Positions 57,562 through 64,000 of a stretch of DNA of 64,000 nt are shown in pieces (position 1 is the stretch's first letter; every line of letters begins with the position of its first letter). Location of the stretch: the NCBI GenBank assembly GCA_963668355.1, contig OY764265.1:2858493-2922492 (forward strand). Reading direction: 5' to 3'. Both the position numbers and the translations under genes were made by a program. A model generated the notes under the pieces. That model worked only from the letters and a program-made list of their open reading frames with translations. It was not told the origin of the DNA and made no database searches. The stretch is from Bdellovibrionota bacterium. GTDB lineage: Bacteria > Bdellovibrionota_G > JALEGL01 > DATDPG01.

Positions 57562-58593
57562 TTAGGCGGCGGCTTGGCGGAGTTCCTCTACCTTGCTTGC
57601 CTCAATGAGTCCTTCTTCTTCCAGGACTTCAAATAAGGCATCTACGACCGGTTCGGAAAACTGTTGACCGCGAACTGAGATGATTTCCGCGACAATTTTT
57701 TCGATGGGCCAGGGATCTTTGTAAGGGCGCTTTGCATTTAGCGCTTCAAAGAAATCTGCAATGGCCACGATCTGAGCCAACAATGGAATTTGCTCTCCCG
57801 CCAATCCTTCTGGGTAACCTTTTCCATCCGGGCGTTCGTGGTGATAGCGGGCAATATCGGCCATTTCCTTCAATTGGGGAACTTTATCCAAGAGTTGTCC
57901 CCCTCGTCCGGGATGCGTCTGGATGATTTTTCTTTCCAGTTCAGAAAGCCTTCCGGGTTTCTTTAAAATATCATCTGGGATGCTGATCTTTCCAATATCG
58001 TGAAGCAATGCCCCTTCTCTTAAAATGATGAGTTCACGTTCACTTAAATTGAATTTCTTTCCCACTTTCATGGACCACTTCGTCACCCGCGCAGAATGCG
58101 CTCGGGTATGACCATCTTTATCGTCAATTAAATTGGCCAAAAGCTGAACCGTACCTTGATGGTATTCATGTTTCACTTTGCTCAAAAGATGTTCCGAAAT
58201 GGCGTTGACCAAAAGTTGTTCCGTAGCTGCTGCACCAAAATCGACGGGTTTTTCTAAAAACTCCCAAAAGAGCCGCGTACGAATCGACTCGATCGCCAAT
58301 TTTTTGGTCGCGTTACCCGTGATCATTATGCAGGTTAACGTCGGCCGAACCCGCTTGGCTTGGGTCGCAAATTCCAGACCCGTCATTTTGGGCATGACTT
58401 GGTCGATCAACAACACGGCCAGATCTGGATCTCTCTTTACTTGCTCCAACGCTTTTTCTGGATCGGTAAACGAAACAATTTCAAATTGATCTTCGTAGTG
58501 AAGTTCGAACGCCTCTAAATTGTCGGCTTCATCGTCTACGTACAGGATTTTTAAATTTTCGAAACGTCGGCTTGACGGATGTAGTTCAGTCAT
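57562..58593 (-). CDS. Response regulator with HD-GYP phosphodiesterase domain
   Basis: REC motifs YVDDE, DQVMP, ITG, KP; HDIGK, HHERPDGKGYP. Confidence 0.93.
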   Translation of the reverse strand: MTELHPSSRRFENLKILYVDDEADNLEAFELHYEDQFEIVSFTDPEKALEQVKRDPDLAVLLIDQVMPKMTGLEFATQAKRVRPTLTCIMITGNATKKLAIESIRTRLFWEFLEKPVDFGAAATEQLLVNAISEHLLSKVKHEYHQGTVQLLANLIDDKDGHTRAHSARVTKWSMKVGKKFNLSERELIILREGALLHDIGKISIPDDILKKPGRLSELERKIIQTHPGRGGQLLDKVPQLKEMADIARYHHERPDGKGYPEGLAGEQIPLLAQIVAIADFFEALNAKRPYKDPWPIEKIVAEIISVRGQQFSEPVVDALFEVLEEEGLIEASKVEELRQAAA

Positions 58594-58780
58594 ATCTCCC
58601 TCGATGGATGCGGTTAATCAAAGGGGCTTTTCAACTATTAATATACTAAAAAACGCAACTGATTGAAATAGTTTATTTTTACACTGTAACTATAATTACT
58701 ATTTTTTGATTTGTTGCGTCTTTTTTGGGTTGGTTCTCTCTCTTTACATTCTACGTGCCCCACGTTAGGGAGTACTTTCT

Positions 58781-60097
58781 ATGCGGAGATTCGTTCGATG
58801 GTGGAGTTTTGCCACTACCTTGTTTTTGGTCCTTGGTTCCACCCCTTCTTTAGGGGGAACCGTGGTTCAGATGTCGATCCAGGGCACGATCCACTCCGGA
58901 ACGGTTGGAATATTGAAGGCGGCCCTTTCGGAGGCTGAGCAGCAAAACTCCGAGGCCCTTTTGATTGAAATGGATACCCCCGGCGGCCTTCTCGACGCCA
59001 CCCGAGAAATCGTAAAGCTTCTTCTCAATACAAAGATCCCCACCCTCGTATTTGTAAGTCCTGCAGGTGCACGAGCGGGATCCGCAGGAACGTTCATCAC
59101 AATGGCTGCTCACATTGCCGCCATGGCTCCGGGAACGAATATTGGCGCTGCTCACCCCATCACCATCACCGGAAAAGATCCAGAGAAAGATGGGGGAAAA
59201 CACCTGGCTCAAAAAGTTGAAAACGACACAATCGCTTTCATCCAAACCATCTCAAAGCAGCGAAACCGAAACGCGGAGTGGGCCAAAAAAGCCGTCAAAG
59301 ACAGTGCTTCGATCACAGAGGAAGAAGCATTAAAGCTGAATGTCATTGATGTTGTGGCTCGAACGCCCAAGCAGTTGTTGGATAAAATTGATGGGAAAGT
59401 CCTCAACATCCAGGGAACCAAGAAAACGTTAAACACCAAAGACGCCACAATTCTGAAATTCGAACCGGATTTTGAAATCAAAACCAAAAACTGGTTGGCT
59501 AATCCCACCATCATGTTTTTGCTCATCATGATCGCGGGCCTGGGCCTCTATGTGGAGTTCTCTCATCCGGGATTAATTTTCCCATCGGTGGCAGCCGGCA
59601 TTGCCATCATTCTATTGCTCATCGCAACCAGTGTGATACCCATTACCGCCGTAGGTCTGGGATTGTTGGTCCTTGGATTCATTCTTATTTTTATGGAACT
59701 ATACGTATCCTCAATGGGAATATTGGCTGCAGCAGGAATCGTCTCTTTTATTGCGGGGGCGACAATGCTTTTTGACCCCACCGAGGTCGACCTTCGAATT
59801 CCACCTGCCCTGATCATCACTGTATCCTTAACCATCGGAATCATGGCTGCCATCATTGCCGTAGGAGTCAGTCGAATGTTTAAATTGCGTCAAACCGCCG
59901 GAGAGGAAGGTTTGGTCGGTTTGCACGGAGAAGTGTGTAACGCCATCTCTCCGGAAACGCCGGGACGCATATTTGTCAATGGAGAGTATTGGAACGCCGC
60001 CGCCGAAAAAAACATTCCGGTTGGCCGAAAAGTTAATGTAAAACGAGTCGAGGGCTTATTGGCCTTCGTCGAAGAATTGATTCAAACGGAGGAATAA
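58781..60097 (+). CDS. nfeD: NfeD family membrane-bound serine protease (long form)
   Basis: [28 protein letters not shown] bundle, C-terminal GEYWNA OB domain. Confidence 0.93.
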   Translation: MRRFVRWWSFATTLFLVLGSTPSLGGTVVQMSIQGTIHSGTVGILKAALSEAEQQNSEALLIEMDTPGGLLDATREIVKLLLNTKIPTLVFVSPAGARAGSAGTFITMAAHIAAMAPGTNIGAAHPITITGKDPEKDGGKHLAQKVENDTIAFIQTISKQRNRNAEWAKKAVKDSASITEEEALKLNVIDVVARTPKQLLDKIDGKVLNIQGTKKTLNTKDATILKFEPDFEIKTKNWLANPTIMFLLIMIAGLGLYVEFSHPGLIFPSVAAGIAIILLLIATSVIPITAVGLGLLVLGFILIFMELYVSSMGILAAAGIVSFIAGATMLFDPTEVDLRIPPALIITVSLTIGIMAAIIAVGVSRMFKLRQTAGEEGLVGLHGEVCNAISPETPGRIFVNGEYWNAAAEKNIPVGRKVNVKRVEGLLAFVEELIQTEE

Positions 60098-60099
60098 CC

Positions 60100-60861
60100 A
60101 TGTTTTTTGGAATCCCAACTCATATCGCTTTTGCCATCATTCTTCTTGCGATCTTTTTCTTCAAAGGCGTTTGGATCATCATGGAATATGAACGAGGCGT
60201 CGTGTTTCGACTTGGTCGTTACCATGCAACAAAACTTGCGGGCCTTCGCTGGGTCATTCCATTCATCGACCGCGTGGTTAAAGTCACTCTTCAGACGATT
60301 CCCATGGACGTTCCTCCTCAAGACGTCATCACAAAGGATAACGTTTCCATTAAAGTAAATGCGGTCGTCTACTTTAGGGTCATGAGCCCTGAAAAAGCCA
60401 TCATTCAAGTTCAAGACTACCCCTATGCCACCAGCCAATTGGCCCAAACCACCCTACGATCCGTTTTGGGCCAACATGAACTGGATCAACTTCTGTCTGA
60501 ACGGGAAAAAATCAATCAAGAGCTGCAATCCATTTTGGACAAACAAACGGATCCATGGGGAATCAAAGTCGCCAATGTCGAAGTAAAACACATTGATTTA
60601 CCTCAAGAAATGCAACGAGCCATGGCCCGTCAAGCAGAGGCGGAACGTGAAAGAAGAGCGAAAGTCATTCATGCAGACGGTGAGTTTCAAGCTGCAACCA
60701 AACTTTCCGAGGCCGCTGAAATTATGTCGAAGGACCCGACTGCCCTTCAACTTCGTTACCTCCAAACGCTTTCGGAGGTGGCCACACAGAACAACACAAC
60801 CACAATTTTCCCGGTTCCCATCGATATGCTAAAGCCCTTCATGAAAAAACTTGAGAACTGA
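60100..60861 (+). CDS. SPFH/stomatin-like protein
   Basis: [51 protein letters not shown]; usual nfeD partner. Confidence 0.95.
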   Translation: MFFGIPTHIAFAIILLAIFFFKGVWIIMEYERGVVFRLGRYHATKLAGLRWVIPFIDRVVKVTLQTIPMDVPPQDVITKDNVSIKVNAVVYFRVMSPEKAIIQVQDYPYATSQLAQTTLRSVLGQHELDQLLSEREKINQELQSILDKQTDPWGIKVANVEVKHIDLPQEMQRAMARQAEAERERRAKVIHADGEFQAATKLSEAAEIMSKDPTALQLRYLQTLSEVATQNNTTTIFPVPIDMLKPFMKKLEN

Positions 60862-60871
60862 TCAGTGAGTC

Positions 60872-62098
60872 ATGTGCCCCATGGATGTATCTGCGGCCGA
60901 GAGAGAAATTACGGAACCCGATTCGGATGTAAGGGCTGAGCTTCATCAGGAGTTCATTCAAAGGTTTCAACATCTGCGGTCCTCCGCGCAAATTGAGCAT
61001 CATCCAGAATTTGAGAATTTCAGGAATGCGATTGAGAGATCTCTTCAAACTCCAGAAGTCTATTCCTGTCCACGAACATCCACTCCCCTATCTCGGAATT
61101 TTGTGCGCATGGCCTGCTGGAATATCGAACGTGGAACTCACTATGATCGCATTGTAGATCAGCTTCGGACCCACCCTGTCCTGTCGGATCACGACGTTTT
61201 GCTTGTAACAGAGGTTGATCACGGTATGGCCCGGTCTGGGAACCGTCACGTCACCCAAGACTTGGCCCAGGCCATGAACTGCCATGGCGTTTTTGCCCCA
61301 TCTCACCTCAATTTCGATATGGGAAATGGCCCCGAGGCCCATCGCACCCAAGGAAAGAATACGGTCGCCCTCCAAGGACATGCCCTCTTCAGCAAGTTTC
61401 CCCTCAAAGACATCGAACTCGTCCCTCTTCCAGAGCCCAAAGACCTGATGAACGGAAAAGATGAACGGCAATATGGACATGAAAATGCCCTGGTGGCTAC
61501 GCTCGAAACTCCCCAGGGAGAATTGCATGTCGCTGCGAATCATCTTTCCGCACGAAGTTCTCGGAAACAACGGGTTGAACAAATGAAGTGCATTTTAAAG
61601 GCCCTCAAGAAAAGAAAGGGGCCAGCCCTCATCGGAGGAGATTGGAACACGCACACGTACAACAGTCATACCTTTTCACACATGCTCTTGGGAGGATTGC
61701 ACCGATGCTTATGCGGCATCAACAAAACCCTCTGTGAATTCTATCCCGGACCGGATCTGTTCTTTGAAAAAAAGCTCTTTCAGACCTTGAAGGATCACGG
61801 TTTTGCGCATGAAAGTTTCAATGTGCCCAATGCAACCACGGTTCACTACAACTTCATGGAACCCGAGAAAATTATTCACATGAAAGATTGGTTACCCGAT
61901 TGGGCCTTAAAGATCTTTCTTAAAGCCATGAAACGCTTTGATGGAAAAGCTTCTCTCAAATTGGATTGGTTTGCAGGACGTGAGCTGCACGCCAGCAATC
62001 CAAGAATCATTTTTGATCTTCCCAAGGGAGAAAAGCGAATTTCAGATCACGACCCCATTATGGTAGACATACGACCCATTCAAAGAGGAAATGCATGA
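60872..62098 (+). CDS. Endonuclease/exonuclease/phosphatase (EEP) family protein
   Basis: WNIERG, TEVDHGMARSGN, GGDWNT, KLDWF, SDHDPI. Confidence 0.9.
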   Translation: MCPMDVSAAEREITEPDSDVRAELHQEFIQRFQHLRSSAQIEHHPEFENFRNAIERSLQTPEVYSCPRTSTPLSRNFVRMACWNIERGTHYDRIVDQLRTHPVLSDHDVLLVTEVDHGMARSGNRHVTQDLAQAMNCHGVFAPSHLNFDMGNGPEAHRTQGKNTVALQGHALFSKFPLKDIELVPLPEPKDLMNGKDERQYGHENALVATLETPQGELHVAANHLSARSSRKQRVEQMKCILKALKKRKGPALIGGDWNTHTYNSHTFSHMLLGGLHRCLCGINKTLCEFYPGPDLFFEKKLFQTLKDHGFAHESFNVPNATTVHYNFMEPEKIIHMKDWLPDWALKIFLKAMKRFDGKASLKLDWFAGRELHASNPRIIFDLPKGEKRISDHDPIMVDIRPIQRGNA

Positions 62099-62652
62099 TG
62101 ATGAACTCTCTCAGAGACACTGGTTGGATTGAAGTTATTTGTGGAAGCATGTTTTCTGGAAAAACCGAAGAACTGCTTCGTCGGATTCGTTTGGCCCAAA
62201 TTGCCAAACAGAAGGTCATTCTCTTCAAGCCCCGCATCGATGACCGCTACTCCGATTCTCATGTTGTGAGTCATGATCAAAGGAAAGTGGAAGCTGCTTC
62301 CGTAAAATCGGCCAACGAAATTGCCGAGCGGGCCTTGTATTATCATGTCATCGGAATCGACGAAGCCCAGTTTTTTGGCATGGAGTTGGTTAAAGTGTGT
62401 GACCAACTGGCCAGTGCCGGAAAACGAGTCATCGTTTCAGGGTTGGATCAAGACTACAAAGGAGATCCGTTTGAGCCCATTCCTCAACTCCTTTCCATTG
62501 CTGAATCCATCACCAAGAACTTGGCCATCTGCATGAGATGTGGGAATCCAGCCAATCGAAGTCAGCGGCTTTCAGAAAGTAAGGAACGCGTTGAAGTTGG
62601 AGGCACCGAAAGATACGAAGCCCGATGTCGAAGATGCTTCGAAGGCTCCTAG
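62095..62652 (+). CDS. tdk: Thymidine kinase
   Basis: CGSMFSGKTEEL, IDEAQFF, GLDQD, CxxC...YEARCRRC. Confidence 0.96.
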   Translation: MMMNSLRDTGWIEVICGSMFSGKTEELLRRIRLAQIAKQKVILFKPRIDDRYSDSHVVSHDQRKVEAASVKSANEIAERALYYHVIGIDEAQFFGMELVKVCDQLASAGKRVIVSGLDQDYKGDPFEPIPQLLSIAESITKNLAICMRCGNPANRSQRLSESKERVEVGGTERYEARCRRCFEGS

Positions 62653-62657
62653 ACGAA

Positions 62658-63512
62658 TCAGACCACCCGGATGGGAAAGCCAAAGGAATTGAGCCTTTTG
62701 GCTAAGCGTTCCAACCCCGCGGCTGGAACTTCTGAAATGTTCTCCCCGCCAGTTTGTTTGGATGGCCGCGCAACCGAATACAACCAGACACCTTCGATTT
62801 GAGCTTTTTCCAACCGAAGATGCGTAAGGAAATGCTCATAGGCTTCAAACTCTACTTCATCCAAAAACGCTCCATTTTCTTTAAACAAGCAGGTCTGAAT
62901 CCACGTGGGGCAGACATTACATGAAGCTTTGACCAGCTGGAGTATCTTTTCGGGATCCGAATGCGTCCCGTTAATATGCTGGATGGTTTCCGGAATGAGA
63001 GAATCCACTTTGATCCAAACCTCTCCCCCCATATCTGCGATTCTTCGAAGGCCGTTTTGAATTTCCTCCCGAAGAATCATGGACCCGTTCGTGATCAAAC
63101 GAACTCGAATTTTTCCTTTCAAGTCATGCTTTTTCACCGCTTCTCCAATCACACGAATCACTTCCAAAAACTGAGGAGAGGTGGTGGGCTCGCCATCTCC
63201 GGAGATGGCAATGTCTTGAAAAAACTGCATATCTTCCGGAACTCGGTCCCTCATGAACGATCCATGAAGAATCTCCTCCAACATGGCATCTAACTCATTT
63301 TCCAGGAGCTTTAAATCGATTTTCGGAGCCCCGCCTTTGGTCAGTCCATCAACCTGGCAATAAATGCAGGCCCAGTTGCAGGCTTTGTTCGGATTCAAAT
63401 TGATGCCCAAGGAAACCCCTCCCGCACGTCGAGAAACCACGGCATAGACGTACTTAAAGCCCAAAACATCTCTGGAATGATCTCGAATCGACAGTTCTTT
63501 CGAAGAAGTCAT
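62658..63512 (-). CDS. Radical SAM protein of unknown function
   Basis: SRRAGGVSLGINL, CNWACIYC, SGDGEPT, LITNG. Confidence 0.9.
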   Translation of the reverse strand: MTSSKELSIRDHSRDVLGFKYVYAVVSRRAGGVSLGINLNPNKACNWACIYCQVDGLTKGGAPKIDLKLLENELDAMLEEILHGSFMRDRVPEDMQFFQDIAISGDGEPTTSPQFLEVIRVIGEAVKKHDLKGKIRVRLITNGSMILREEIQNGLRRIADMGGEVWIKVDSLIPETIQHINGTHSDPEKILQLVKASCNVCPTWIQTCLFKENGAFLDEVEFEAYEHFLTHLRLEKAQIEGVWLYSVARPSKQTGGENISEVPAAGLERLAKRLNSFGFPIRVV

Positions 63513-63537
63513 CCCTTGGATGTATCAGAACAATTCC

Positions 63538-63867
63538 TTAAGGGGAATCAGGATCAACTTTCTTTCTAAGGTTCTTCTGTACCGATTGGTTTTTCTTATT
63601 TTTGAGACGTTTTTCGTTGGAAGACCTTGGAACGTTCGTTTTCTTGCGTTTTTTGGGCTTCGCCAGTTTTTGTGTGACTTTTTCTCGGATTCTTTTTTTG
63701 GCCAATTCTAAATTTTGGCTCTGAGAGCGTCTTTCGGTAGCCAAGGCCACCAAACCGGTGGGAAGATGAACGATGCGAATTCCCGTTTCCCGTTTATTCC
63801 GGTGTTGACCACCTGGCCCGGAGCCTTTGAGACGTTCAATCTTCAAATCTCTGGTCAAAATCCTCAT
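63538..63867 (-). CDS. ArfB/YaeJ-like peptidyl-tRNA hydrolase (stand-alone RF-1 GGQ domain)
   Basis: GSGPGGQHRNK..TGIRIVHLPTG..RSQ and basic C-terminal tail; likely start at 63867. Confidence 0.85.
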   Translation of the reverse strand: MRILTRDLKIERLKGSGPGGQHRNKRETGIRIVHLPTGLVALATERRSQSQNLELAKKRIREKVTQKLAKPKKRKKTNVPRSSNEKRLKNKKNQSVQKNLRKKVDPDSP

Positions 63868-64000
63868 ACTCGACCCTCGCTTGTTCCCCATAGTCATAGG
63901 GACAACCTTGTTCGTAAAAGTCCGAAACCAAATCATCGGCCCGAATGCTTTGGCGATCCCAACGAGATAGATGTAAGCGTTGAGCTTCTCGAACCCGACT
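63836..64000 (-). CDS. Partial CDS (3' end), unknown product
   Basis: Frame open from the window edge (SRVREAQRLH...DQRFED) to TGA at 63836-38. Confidence 0.35.
   Translation of the reverse strand, partial: SRVREAQRLHLSRWDRQSIRADDLVSDFYEQGCPYDYGEQARVEYEDFDQRFED

Noticed and set aside
58620..58720. AT-rich patch as a sign of horizontal transfer
   Set aside because: It is a short divergent promoter region with an IHF-like site (TTTCAATCAGTTG on the minus strand); no mobility genes or boundaries are present.
63975..64000. tRNA fragment (GGTTCGA on the minus strand)
   Set aside because: No T-stem pairing around the motif; it lies in an open reading frame.

Overview
A gene-dense chromosomal window from a diderm bacterium, probably a Bdellovibrionota/Myxococcota-like deltaproteobacterium (inferred from gene content only). 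I found no rRNA, tRNA, CRISPR array, transposase or phage genes. Housekeeping content: tamB-tamA/bamA-like pair; lemA-M48 protease-tolC-RND operon; oppABCDF; a phasin-like gene; queA-tgt-yajC-secD-secF-recJ; family-4 UDG; fadI/fadJ-like beta-oxidation genes; khpA; nfeD-stomatin-EEP-tdk; a radical SAM protein; an ArfB-like GGQ protein. The 37-58.6 kb segment is rich in signalling genes. Main leads: (1) two cyclase-AAA-TPR (STAND-like) genes, one with an intact and one with a degenerate cyclase domain, each lie head-to-head with a small exported-protein gene whose sigma-54-type promoter sits an identical distance (ATG at predicted +3) from the start codon; (2) one of these exported proteins is a lipoprotein with three 22-aa repeats around an invariant GDPIGGTxPM core encoded by synonymously diverged codons, resembling a multi-copy peptide precursor; (3) a class III aminotransferase is translationally coupled to a LuxE-LuxC fusion with no luciferase, suggesting an acid-to-aldehyde-to-amine pathway; (4) four intergenic regions fold into unexplained multi-hairpin structures (about 21.75, 28.7, 42.4 and 46.1-46.6 kb). 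All family calls come from motif recognition by eye; no database searches were run.
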